Source: Candidatus Moraniibacteriota bacterium
Lineage (GTDB): Bacteria > Patescibacteriota > Minisyncoccia > Moranbacterales > UBA1568
Direction: 5' to 3'
Assembly: GCA_028688415.1 (NCBI GenBank)
Contig: JAQTYF010000001.1
Location: 464,627-528,626, forward strand
Length of the DNA: 64,000 bases
Both the position numbers and the translations under genes were made by a program. The notes below the pieces were generated by a model, which saw nothing but the letters and a program-made list of their open reading frames with translations, did not search any database and had not been told where the DNA came from. The stretch's first letter is position 1; every line of letters begins with the position of its first letter. Below, piece by piece: positions 41,371 through 50,466 of the stretch.

Positions 41371-41727
41371 TTACTTTTTTCTTGTTAGCTCTTCCGTACG
41401 AAAAATAATCATCTTTTTTATCAATGCATAAGGAATCGTTTTATTGAGCGGAAACTGAACCGAACCCTTTGCACTCTTATATATTGCTAATTCCTCCTTG
41501 AATGCTTCTATCCCTGATGGGGTCGGATAAAATCCAATATGACTGTCAAATGCGGAAAAATGTACGAGATTTTTTCCATTCAATTTGAATGTGGGAATAC
41601 CATAAGCAATCACTTCTTGTACGTCCGGTACTACTTCTCTGACGATAGCACGTATTTTTTGCAAAATAACTTGGATATCTTTCGGATATTTTGTGATGAA
41701 CGCATCGACACTTTCCATCTTTTCCAT
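41371..41727 (-). CDS. DUF1801/YdhG-family protein
   Basis: IAYGIPTF, HIGFYP, KGSVQFP. Confidence 0.85.
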   Translation of the reverse strand: MEKMESVDAFITKYPKDIQVILQKIRAIVREVVPDVQEVIAYGIPTFKLNGKNLVHFSAFDSHIGFYPTPSGIEAFKEELAIYKSAKGSVQFPLNKTIPYALIKKMIIFRTEELTRKK

Positions 41728-41773
41728 ATTGTTCAATTTTTTACATTTTTGAAACACAAAATAAAAAAACTCT

Positions 41774-42256
41774 TTACGGCTTATCCCTACCTACAAATCT
41801 TTCTTTGCCAAGCAAAAAATTTATTGCTCTTACTATATTTCTATCAAGACTCTTTTCTGTTTTTAAATTGCTCAAGTATCTGACTATTTCATGTTTCTTC
41901 GATGGAGATAAACTTTCAAAAACATTTTTTGCTTCAACGTTGCTACCGAGTGACTGAATAAATTTCTGTGGCGGAATAATTTCCCTACTTTCAGGATCAA
42001 ATGTGATCGTTAATTCTACAGTTTCACTGATCCGCTGAGGAGAATTTTTGAGCATCGTTGTGTTGATATAGAGTCTCCATTCACCAGCATATTTTACCAA
42101 AGTCTGCTTGTAGGGTTTTCCATTGATAGTTCCTTTGATAGGAATGTGTCCTCTCTCTTTTTTGGCTTGATCGAATATATCCTGCAAAATATCTTCAGGT
42201 ACGGAAACAAACGGATTCACTCCAATAATCTTTATTTCTGCTTTGAATTTTTTCAT
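41774..42256 (-). CDS. DUF1905 + YdeI/OmpD-associated domain protein
   Basis: IPIKGTING, FESLSPSKKHE..YL..LKT. Confidence 0.8.
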   Translation of the reverse strand: MKKFKAEIKIIGVNPFVSVPEDILQDIFDQAKKERGHIPIKGTINGKPYKQTLVKYAGEWRLYINTTMLKNSPQRISETVELTITFDPESREIIPPQKFIQSLGSNVEAKNVFESLSPSKKHEIVRYLSNLKTEKSLDRNIVRAINFLLGKERFVGRDKP

Positions 42257-42285
42257 ATCGTAGAGATTGCCGTCTTATTCCTTTT

Positions 42286-42810
42286 TTATTGTCTGGCCAA
42301 ATATCTAGCAGTATTCACATTTCTCACCGTCATAAACTGATAAAGTTTGTGGCTAATTATCTTATTCAGATGGCTCTTGTTATAATTTTTCCTATCAACA
42401 TTCCAAAAAATCGCCCCTTTGACATAACGGATGTCCATAAATTCTTTTTTGATTGGCAGATCATCTATGGTTTTCTTCGAATCAATTTCTGGGAATAGGT
42501 AAGCAATATCGGATCGCTGTGTGATATCATTTTTCCAGTTTTTTGGTATCGATTCGACTATCTGTATCATTTCCTTTTCTGTCTTGATAAGGATTGTGGC
42601 ATCAAAACCGAATTCTTTTTTAAAATTCAATTTCAGTTTTTTGCATATTTCTTGTTGTTTATCTTTCCCTTCAAAAATAACATTGCCTGAGTTTATATAG
42701 GTTGAAACGTTGTCATAGCCCAAAGATTCAAAAAGCACCTTAAGTTTTTTCATATCAACCCTGCGTTCTTTTCCGGCGTTTATTCCTCTGAGTAATGCAA
42801 TATATTTCAT
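42286..42810 (-). CDS. DUF1697-family protein
   Basis: YIALLRGIN, TYINSGNVIF, TVRNVNT. Confidence 0.88.
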   Translation of the reverse strand: MKYIALLRGINAGKERRVDMKKLKVLFESLGYDNVSTYINSGNVIFEGKDKQQEICKKLKLNFKKEFGFDATILIKTEKEMIQIVESIPKNWKNDITQRSDIAYLFPEIDSKKTIDDLPIKKEFMDIRYVKGAIFWNVDRKNYNKSHLNKIISHKLYQFMTVRNVNTARYLARQ

Positions 42811-42821
42811 AATTTATTCCA

Positions 42822-44027
42822 TTAAATCATCGACACGTTTTTATAAGCACCCGATTGATACCTACGAGCTATATATAAATATAGCGGAAAAAGTATCACA
42901 AGGAAAATAATTCCTGAATATAAAAATCCGTATTGATAGGATACGCGCTCGATTATGAATCCAACTCCAAAACTTGAAACTACCGAAACAGCCTGATCAA
43001 TTTGTGAACCCGTTGACAACAATGTGGCCTTAAATTTACTTGATTTAATAATATCAAGTCGATAACCCTCATCAATTTTACTTAACCCCCAATGGAATGC
43101 GTTTATGATAATAAAAGCGGTTACAACAACCCACCAACTTGATATCATTCCCAAAACAAGAATTAAAAGAGTATAAATAACAAGTTGAAACCCATAAAAA
43201 GAAGGTAAGGTAAAATATTTTTTAATCTTTCCGCTATACGCAAGCATAAGCGAAGCAAATGCTCTCCCTATACCAAAGAATACCCCGAACCAAATTACAG
43301 GTATTTCAAGAAATGTCTGATAAGGGGCACGGAACCCTCCAATACTAAACAATGTTCCACCAATAATTCCCGAAAACAAAGCAATGCTAAAAAAGTTAAG
43401 GTGATATCCTTCTTGTAATACCTGTCTGAAATTTGTCGCCCCAATTTCTTCAATGTGTTCCTGAGGGACAGGAGGTACCACCAAGGAAATTGCTACCAAT
43501 AATCCAATCACATCAATAACAAAAGCAATCAGAAATGGTGTTTTGTAACTTATGCTCACTAAAAATGGTACCAGCACCATAAATATTATCGGCACCGCAA
43601 ATCCTATAGAACTGATTTTTCCCATCACTCTTGCATAGTCGTGTTCTCTTTTAAGACCTTGTAAAGTTTCGTGCATAAAGGCACTACCTGTACCACTTTG
43701 AAAAGCGGCACTCGCACTCAAAAAAATTGCGCCGAGTATCAAGAAGGAAATGTTATTCGCAAAAAGAAAAAAGACTGTTGACATCAACATCAATACTCGA
43801 GAAATAACTAGCGTTAGTTTATGTCCGATTTTATCAGACATATATCCGCTGGGAATTTCAAAAAGAAAACCAGAAAGACTCCCTGCAAGCAAAATTGTTC
43901 CAATTATTTTTGGTGTTACGTCTGGTATGGTCAGATAGTACGCTCCCAAAACCGCAACAAAAATTCTTTTATTGGCGATTAACAATATGGTGTATTTCCA
44001 AATATTACTTTGTAGATTTTTTTCCAT
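42822..44027 (-). CDS. MFS transporter
   Basis: FEIPSGYMSDKIGHK motif A, ~12 TMs. Confidence 0.9.
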   Translation of the reverse strand: MEKNLQSNIWKYTILLIANKRIFVAVLGAYYLTIPDVTPKIIGTILLAGSLSGFLFEIPSGYMSDKIGHKLTLVISRVLMLMSTVFFLFANNISFLILGAIFLSASAAFQSGTGSAFMHETLQGLKREHDYARVMGKISSIGFAVPIIFMVLVPFLVSISYKTPFLIAFVIDVIGLLVAISLVVPPVPQEHIEEIGATNFRQVLQEGYHLNFFSIALFSGIIGGTLFSIGGFRAPYQTFLEIPVIWFGVFFGIGRAFASLMLAYSGKIKKYFTLPSFYGFQLVIYTLLILVLGMISSWWVVVTAFIIINAFHWGLSKIDEGYRLDIIKSSKFKATLLSTGSQIDQAVSVVSSFGVGFIIERVSYQYGFLYSGIIFLVILFPLYLYIARRYQSGAYKNVSMI

Positions 44028-44029
44028 AT

Positions 44030-44101
44030 TTATTTCAATAATTCGCCAACTGATACTCCAAGCGTATTAGCTAGTTTTTCTATCGGGAAAGAAGATTCCA
44101 T
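44030..44101 (-). pseudogene. C-terminal remnant of an XRE HTH regulator (IEKLANTLGVSVGELLK*)
   Basis: Manual translation; resembles the tail of the intact XRE at 49774 (LKKISKALEVSVDELIK). Confidence 0.6.
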
Positions 44102-44189
44102 AGATTCTGTTCTTACTTTCACAGTCAGTATATAAACTTCTCACAAAACGGTCAAAGAAAAGGAAAAAAACCTCTTTGTAGAGATTTTT

Positions 44190-44278
44190 TCAGATTCGGG
44201 AATTCTTGGCGGGAATGCGTTTGTGTCGGCGCGAAGCTATGACCCCATTTCGGCTTCAGATTCCGATTTCCAATTTTG
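44190..44278 (+). pseudogene. Relic 3' end of an older, diverged serine recombinase
   Basis: Reads SDSGILGGNAFVSARSYDPISASDSDFQF, colinear with SDRGFRGGNAEQTALRVDAISSPILNSEF of the resident recombinase. Confidence 0.65.
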
Positions 44279-44500
44279 GCGGTGCATATTGGACGAAGTT
44301 CGAATGTATTTCGCCAAAAACCCTGAGTAAGAAAGCGGAAGCCGTCCCCACCGTAGTCCTGAAGCCTCGGGACTCCCCATCAGAAAAACCTTTCTTTGCA
44401 TTTCGGATTTGCGCGCGCCGGATCTTTTCTTCTCTTAAGGAAAAGAAAGCTTTTCTGATGAGGACTGCTCTTTGGAGCAGTGCGGTGGGGAACGGCTGCT
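44279..44500 (+). repeat. 222-bp repeat arm (P'), inverted copy at 50108-50329
   Basis: Reverse complement of 50108-50329 with one mismatch seen. Confidence 0.95.
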
Positions 44501-44628
44501 ATTGGTACGTCGCCAAGATGGAAATAAACGAGCTTGTAGTTATTCTATCACATCAGACAATATTGAATTTGCTCATTTCTCCATCTTGGCGACGGTACCA
44601 TCCAAGTGAATGGTATTGCGATGACAAT

Positions 44629-45114
44629 TTATTTGCCGAGTTCAACTCGTCTTTTGATATATGAAGTTTGCTTCCTGTACGAGAACAAAAACATCACAAA
44701 AAGCACTGTAAGCAAAATATTTATGCTGTACTTTTCCAAAAATAGACATCGGTAGGAAAATAATTCGTACGCTTTTGCTACCATAAACAAGAAGAACATC
44801 GAAACGAAAGTACGGTACATGTTATTTGTCTCCGAAAATTCCTCAATTTTCGGATCCACTTTTGCGACAGCAACAAAATCAGAATACGACGCAAACTTAA
44901 GAAAGGAAATCCATTTCAAGATAGGCTCAATAGCCAAAGACCCAAACCTACTTATAACGAGACCAACGAAGTAGTAGACGAACGCTCCGATAACCAGATT
45001 TTCTTGTGTGAAAGAATAGGGTGTAAAGCGTTCCAACACTACAACGAAAAGAACACCAGGAAGTAGGTAGTTGAATAGATTATAGGACGTTATCTTGTCT
45101 AAAACTTTTTCCAT
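44629..45114 (-). CDS. Small multi-TM hypothetical protein, coupled to the MBL hydrolase
   Basis: YNLFNYLLPG, ~4 TMs; starts 3 bp after the MBL stop. Confidence 0.85.
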   Translation of the reverse strand: MEKVLDKITSYNLFNYLLPGVLFVVVLERFTPYSFTQENLVIGAFVYYFVGLVISRFGSLAIEPILKWISFLKFASYSDFVAVAKVDPKIEEFSETNNMYRTFVSMFFLFMVAKAYELFSYRCLFLEKYSINILLTVLFVMFLFSYRKQTSYIKRRVELGK

Positions 45115-45117
45115 AAG

Positions 45118-46170
45118 TTACTCATCTACTTGATTAAAGAAGGTTTCCGGTGCGAGAGGCCCCCAACCATCTCTTTGTGGAGCATCTGCACTAGGATGAC
45201 AAATTGTTTTTCCGTTCCTTGTAGAGCCAGGATTGCAATTTCGACGTATAAGCGCATTGATTACCTTACGTGATGGATGTTTAGGATCGCCCTGTGGTGG
45301 ACACGAGATAAACGCATGAACCGGCATAAGTCGATTCAGTATAGTCGGCCCAAGATTACGTTTACTGCCATGATGTGGAACATCGAGGAAGTCTATTTTA
45401 TTCAAAGAGACATTATTTGCTTCCGCAAAATCAATAGCCCTGCCAAGTGCATCCTTTCCAGCGTCACCAGTAAAAAGGAATTTTTTTCCATCAACGACAA
45501 GCAGTAACACCAAACTGGAATTATTTTCGTGGCTTGTATCTAGGTAGTCGTCTGATAGGGTTTCGATATGCAGTTCCTCCGCGATCCAACCAACTGCCTC
45601 TTTCACCGCACCGATGAACTGTTCAATTTTGTGTTCATCCTTCACTTCTGGTGTCACACCGAAATTAGCAAGGAGTTGCTGGTAATACTCTTCGGTAGGT
45701 CCCAAAATATATAGCCCGTCATGCACCTGTTCTCCCGCGAATGGCTGAACGACCACTACACCCTTCTCAGTGGCCATATCAACGAGATCCGAGAGCATTG
45801 AAAGTGATTTCTCAAGTCGCGTCTCCAGACCCTTTTGTGTCACAGACATGTTCGTCATTTTCTGGATTGCTTTAGTGTAATCCCAAGGACAATGGGCAAC
45901 CAACTTACCGACGGTTAAGTTTTCGAAAACCTCTGAAAGACCAGAGATATGGTCGTTGTGAAGATGTGATGCAACAACAAGGTCAACATATGTCGTTCCA
46001 TAATGTATCTTGATGTGCTCGACAAGTGCCTTGCCCGAATCCTTTGTACCTCCATCTATAACTACAACATTCTGTGTTGTAGGCGAACTGAAATCTCCAT
46101 ACCGAATTGCGATTGCATCACCGCCTTTTTCTCCGATCCCAACTGGGATGTAATCAATCTCATATGCCAT
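45118..46170 (-). CDS. Stand-alone ComEC-type MBL-fold metallo-hydrolase
   Basis: GDAI, IDGG, SHLHNDH (HxHxDH), NNSS, FTGDAG, PHHGS, HP. Confidence 0.9.
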   Translation of the reverse strand: MAYEIDYIPVGIGEKGGDAIAIRYGDFSSPTTQNVVVIDGGTKDSGKALVEHIKIHYGTTYVDLVVASHLHNDHISGLSEVFENLTVGKLVAHCPWDYTKAIQKMTNMSVTQKGLETRLEKSLSMLSDLVDMATEKGVVVVQPFAGEQVHDGLYILGPTEEYYQQLLANFGVTPEVKDEHKIEQFIGAVKEAVGWIAEELHIETLSDDYLDTSHENNSSLVLLLVVDGKKFLFTGDAGKDALGRAIDFAEANNVSLNKIDFLDVPHHGSKRNLGPTILNRLMPVHAFISCPPQGDPKHPSRKVINALIRRNCNPGSTRNGKTICHPSADAPQRDGWGPLAPETFFNQVDE

Positions 46171-46245
46171 ATGTTTTTTGTATAATTTGAACTTGTTTAG
46201 GTTAACATTAGGTATTATAATTTAGGTATGGTATACTAGTCAAGT

Positions 46246-46854
46246 ATGAGAATAGAACAGCCATCAAAACGGCAGGCCGAAATACTTGAATTCGTATCTT
46301 TTTTTCGTCAAAAAAAAGGCTACGCCCCTTCTCTGACCGAAATAGCAGCGCATTTTGACGTGTCTGTGCCAACAGTACACCAACATATTGCGTATCTACG
46401 CAAGAAGAACCTTCTCTCGACCGAGAAGGGAAAACAAAGGTCTATACAAGCATTCAACGACCATAATCGTGGCGTCGTTGAAATTCCGCTTATGGGGATT
46501 ATTGCCGCAGGCGGACCGATTGAGGCCATCAGAGACCCTCGTCCTATAGAAGTTCCAAAAAGCATGCTTTCCGCAGGATCGGATTATTATGCCTTGAAAG
46601 TCGCGGGCGTAAGCATGATCGAAGACGGTATTTTTGACGGTGATATCGTTATCGTTCGGGATCAGCCAACGGTTGAAAACGGAGAAAAAGCAGTCGCTTA
46701 CCTACCAGATCAAGATGCGGTTACTCTAAAAAGAATCTATCACGAAAAAAATCGAATCAAACTTGTTCCCGCAAATCAAAAGATGGAACCTTTTTATGAG
46801 ACAAATGTAGAAATTCAAGGAAAGGTTGTTGGTGTGTTGAGAACTGAAAAATAA
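46246..46854 (+). CDS. lexA: LexA repressor
   Basis: RQAEIL..PSLTEIA wHTH, IAAG cleavage site, GVSM Ser and VTLKR Lys. Confidence 0.93.
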   Translation: MRIEQPSKRQAEILEFVSFFRQKKGYAPSLTEIAAHFDVSVPTVHQHIAYLRKKNLLSTEKGKQRSIQAFNDHNRGVVEIPLMGIIAAGGPIEAIRDPRPIEVPKSMLSAGSDYYALKVAGVSMIEDGIFDGDIVIVRDQPTVENGEKAVAYLPDQDAVTLKRIYHEKNRIKLVPANQKMEPFYETNVEIQGKVVGVLRTEK

Positions 46855-46869
46855 GGCCAAAAAATATCC

Positions 46870-47745
46870 TTATTTTTGCTCTAAAAACTTTCTCAATTCC
46901 TCCTGTCTTTCCTTAAATCCACCAAATTCTCTTTGAAAGTCGGTCTTTTTGTAAAGCTGATATACAAATCCCTTCTCCGTCAAAATTACTCGCGAGTCGC
47001 CATCATTGGAGTTTTCTATTTCTGAATCAAACAACCTTTTTTCTACGTTTTTCTTTTTTGCAAACAACCCCTTAAAAACTTCCCTGCTCATATCAGAAAC
47101 AAACTTATCAAGACCGTTGGCCAAAGCGTTACTTTTCTCAGTGATCTTTTCTTCTAAAGACAGGAGATCCTTCCTCTCATCTTCTATGATGGCTTCATCC
47201 TTCATCAGACTAAGCATAGAATAGCTGCTTAGCTTTCTCTGATATTCCAACAAATCTTCAGCGAAGATTATCTCAAGATCAAAGAGAAACTTCGACTCCC
47301 TATCTATCTTTTCAGAAAACAACGCTTTCCAAAATTGGAAAAATTCGTAGAATATTTGAAAATCAGCCTGAAGATTACTTACTTTTTTACTAAGTTCCTT
47401 GCTATTTCGCTGGAGAGTTTCCGTAGGATAATCATCTGTATTTTTCGGATTACTTTTCTCAAGGAAAAAAGAATTCGTTACAAAAGGACTCAGAGCATAA
47501 AAAGACTTATGTAGTCCATCGACGAGCAAATTTGTTATTTTTTCATGGACATCTAGTTTTTTCTTAAAAGAAATTTCTCTCGTCAAAATAAAATACGTAA
47601 CAAAAAAACCAAATATCAATACAAATGATTGAAACAAAGATGAAAACGCATCCCAATTAAAAGAACTTTCGCTGTTTGAAAAAATCAAGCCGGAAAACAC
47701 GGCTTGAAGTATAAGAATTAATACGAGTAGGATTTTCTCAAACAT
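46870..47745 (-). CDS. Hypothetical protein with two N-terminal TMs
   Basis: 291-aa ORF, low-GC island cargo. Confidence 0.75.
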   Translation of the reverse strand: MFEKILLVLILILQAVFSGLIFSNSESSFNWDAFSSLFQSFVLIFGFFVTYFILTREISFKKKLDVHEKITNLLVDGLHKSFYALSPFVTNSFFLEKSNPKNTDDYPTETLQRNSKELSKKVSNLQADFQIFYEFFQFWKALFSEKIDRESKFLFDLEIIFAEDLLEYQRKLSSYSMLSLMKDEAIIEDERKDLLSLEEKITEKSNALANGLDKFVSDMSREVFKGLFAKKKNVEKRLFDSEIENSNDGDSRVILTEKGFVYQLYKKTDFQREFGGFKERQEELRKFLEQK

Positions 47746-47964
47746 ATCGTATTAGTAGGTTACGCATATTTATTATATTGCGTAAGTTCCTTTTTCGAAA
47801 TCTTCCAAATAACTTTCAACTTCTTGAGGAAGTTTTGCAAAAATAGATCAAAGATCAGTCGAGAGCCGTCCTCGGCCAGATTATTATTTCTTCAGAAGCT
47901 TTCTGCATTTTCACACAAATTTATTGGACATATTTATAAAAATACAGCGCTATTACAAAACTTA

Positions 47965-48618
47965 TCATTCTTTAACAACCATCCATTTTTTCTTTTCATC
48001 GCCATACATCACAAAATATATCATCCGCTGTATAACGCCAAAATAGATTGGAAATAGGATGAACCAACTAAAAAATGACACTACCCAACCTACAATCGTA
48101 ATCAGCCTATGCGAAATATGATCATGTCTCACCTGCGGATAAATTAATCTCCACGCCATAAGAATAAATTCCTTAAATCCAATTTTATCCATTGACTCTC
48201 TATTTTTTGCTTTTTGTATTAAAATAATTAGCCGTACAATATCAAAAAATATTCCAAAAAAAACAAAAGTGATAACTACACCCCATATGGGGAAAAAATA
48301 TAAAAATGGCACCCCCACAATAATCCATAAAATTGCAACTCCAAAAAACAAAGATATCAAATTACTATCAAATTTGAATTCTTGAGCATCAAGCGTTGCA
48401 AGTTTTTTAACATTTCTTATTATCCAGTAGCCAATAGAGCTCAATGATAATCCAGCAAAAATAACCCAGATTAAAATATCAGTGAATTTTGAATCTCCTT
48501 TTAAAACAATAAAATAAAAAGCAAGCGAGAGAATAATAATTCCAATGCCTACTATCAATGCTGAGCTTGCAATAAAATGCATACGTGAATACATTTTTTG
48601 AATTCTTTCATTGATCAT
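47965..48618 (-). CDS. Hypothetical multi-TM protein
   Basis: 217-aa ORF with ~5 hydrophobic segments. Confidence 0.75.
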   Translation of the reverse strand: MINERIQKMYSRMHFIASSALIVGIGIIILSLAFYFIVLKGDSKFTDILIWVIFAGLSLSSIGYWIIRNVKKLATLDAQEFKFDSNLISLFFGVAILWIIVGVPFLYFFPIWGVVITFVFFGIFFDIVRLIILIQKAKNRESMDKIGFKEFILMAWRLIYPQVRHDHISHRLITIVGWVVSFFSWFILFPIYFGVIQRMIYFVMYGDEKKKWMVVKE

Positions 48619-48651
48619 ATGTTAAAAAATTTTAATAATTATTAATTGTTA

Positions 48652-49764
48652 CTATTTTTTGCACTGTTTCTGATAATATGGGATTGATTTTACAAAATTC
48701 AATGCTTTTTCATCTATAAGATCTCCCTCATTTTTTGCTATGACCAGTAGAGTTTGAAACAATTGCGCAACTTCCTGAGTTTTTGTCATTCTCGATTGTA
48801 AAGATTTTTCTTCCTCATCATTTAATACATGGTAAACAAACCTTCCCTCTGAAATAAATGCGCTCGCTTCTGCCCTATAACATCCATCTTCAGAATTAAC
48901 ATCTTCATTATTAGCATACTGAAAAACATGAGTTAATTCATGACGCAATAAAACTGCAGTCAATAAATCATCTTTTATGCTGTATTTAGGAGAAACTTTT
49001 ATCAAATATTCATCTAGTGAATGCATAGGAGAAAAAACAAAAACTCCTTCTGCACCATTAATTTCCTTGCTAGATTCTGAATATTCAATTTTGAGACAAT
49101 TTTTGATGCTTTCTAAGCGACCTGACTCCTCGATATTCCCGCGATTTCTGTATCTCTGTTCAATAAGACTTAGCGACCGCTTAAACTCTTCTGACATTTC
49201 ATATCCACTTTCTCTAATACAATAAATAGGTGTTTCATTAAAAACAATCAGCCATTCGTTGTTAATTTTGATAAATTTTCTATATATTCTTTTTGGGTAA
49301 TCCTTATCAGCTAAGTTAAAAATGCTTGTTTCATCAACATGTCCTATATCATTTTTTATAATCACCTTATTTACTTCTACGGTTTTTCCTTTCTTTAAAT
49401 CATTTAAAAATATTTTAGATCTTTCATCTTCTGGATTTTGTTGTGCATACTCAATTAGTCGTTGCAATACTGATTCCTGCGAATATATAGCACCTCGTTT
49501 TTCGATATATTTTTCTCTACTTATTTTATGCTTAGACTCTGGCGATAAATAAGAATCATATATTTTTCCAAAATCATTATTGCTTTCCAATTCAAATATT
49601 TCATTGAATCTTTTGACAAGCTTATCTTCATCACTGATGCTTATTGATTGCTCCTGTTTGTTTTTTAAAAAAGAAAAATTTTCTAATTCATAAAGTTTAA
49701 TATAAACGCCTAAAGCCACTATCAACACTACACTTATTAGGATAACTATCAATTTTTTATTCAT
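48652..49764 (-). CDS. Membrane-anchored protein with HExxH (zincin-like) motif
   Basis: Signal anchor; LLRHELTHVFQ plus downstream EASA. Confidence 0.75.
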   Translation of the reverse strand: MNKKLIVILISVVLIVALGVYIKLYELENFSFLKNKQEQSISISDEDKLVKRFNEIFELESNNDFGKIYDSYLSPESKHKISREKYIEKRGAIYSQESVLQRLIEYAQQNPEDERSKIFLNDLKKGKTVEVNKVIIKNDIGHVDETSIFNLADKDYPKRIYRKFIKINNEWLIVFNETPIYCIRESGYEMSEEFKRSLSLIEQRYRNRGNIEESGRLESIKNCLKIEYSESSKEINGAEGVFVFSPMHSLDEYLIKVSPKYSIKDDLLTAVLLRHELTHVFQYANNEDVNSEDGCYRAEASAFISEGRFVYHVLNDEEEKSLQSRMTKTQEVAQLFQTLLVIAKNEGDLIDEKALNFVKSIPYYQKQCKK

Positions 49765-49773
49765 AAATTTATT

Positions 49774-49971
49774 TTATTTGATTAACTCATCAACACTAAC
49801 CTCAAGCGCTTTAGAAATCTTCTTGAGCGTATCAAGTGTTGGATTTTGGTTTTTACCAACTTCAATCTTGATGATTGTGTTATTGGCAACATCAGCCAAT
49901 CGTGCCAGTTTTTCTTGTGATAATCCCTTGGCTTCTCGTAACTTCCTCAGATTTTTTGTTATATTTGACAT
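49774..49971 (-). CDS. XRE-family HTH regulator
   Basis: LRKLREAKGLSQEKLA...IEVGKNQNPTLDTLKKI. Confidence 0.93.
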   Translation of the reverse strand: MSNITKNLRKLREAKGLSQEKLARLADVANNTIIKIEVGKNQNPTLDTLKKISKALEVSVDELIK

Positions 49972-50107
49972 ACTTATATTATAGTAGTAGAATTATAGTG
50001 TTAGTACTATTTCTTTTCTATTACTTTGATGCTACACCAAAATTTCAGACAAATCAAACTAAATGACTTTTTATGTTATTAGTAAAAATCTATTCCGATC
50101 GTAAATC

Positions 50108-50458
50108 AGCAGCCGTTCCCCGCCGCACTGCTCCAAAGAGCAGTCCTCATCAGAAAAGCTTTCTTTTCCTTAAGAGAAGAAAAGATCCGGCGCGCGCAAA
50201 TCCGAAATGCAAAGAAAGGTTTTTCTGATGGGGAGTCCCGAGGCTTCAGGACTACGGTGGGGACGGCTTCCGCTTTCTTACTCAGGGTTTTTGGCGAAAT
50301 ACATTCGAACTTCGTCCAATATGCACCGCAAAAATTCGGAATTCAAAACTGGAGAAGAAATAGCGTCGACGCGTAGCGCCGTCTGTTCTGCATTCCCCCC
50401 ACGAAATCCCCAATCTGAAAGGATTCGCCACGCGGAGCGGGGCTCCTCGTTTGCCAAT
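50108..50458 (-). repeat. Complete inverted attP-like copy (P arm 50326-50445 + P' arm 50108-50329)
   Basis: P arm is the reverse complement of 51853-51972 (5 mismatches in 120 bp); P' arm of 44279-44500; 50446-50458 also matches 51762-51774. Confidence 0.93.
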
Positions 50459-50466
50459 GCAATCTT

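Noticed and set aside
44206-44664. 152-aa ORF and the ORFs at 50207-50470, 50278-50550 and 51795-52016 as genes
   Set aside because: They are translations of the structured repeat arms, or antisense to the recombinase and tRNA.
41371-50100. Classical integron or prophage
   Set aside because: There is no tyrosine integrase, no repeated attC with RYYYAAC/GTTRRRY ends, and no phage structural genes.
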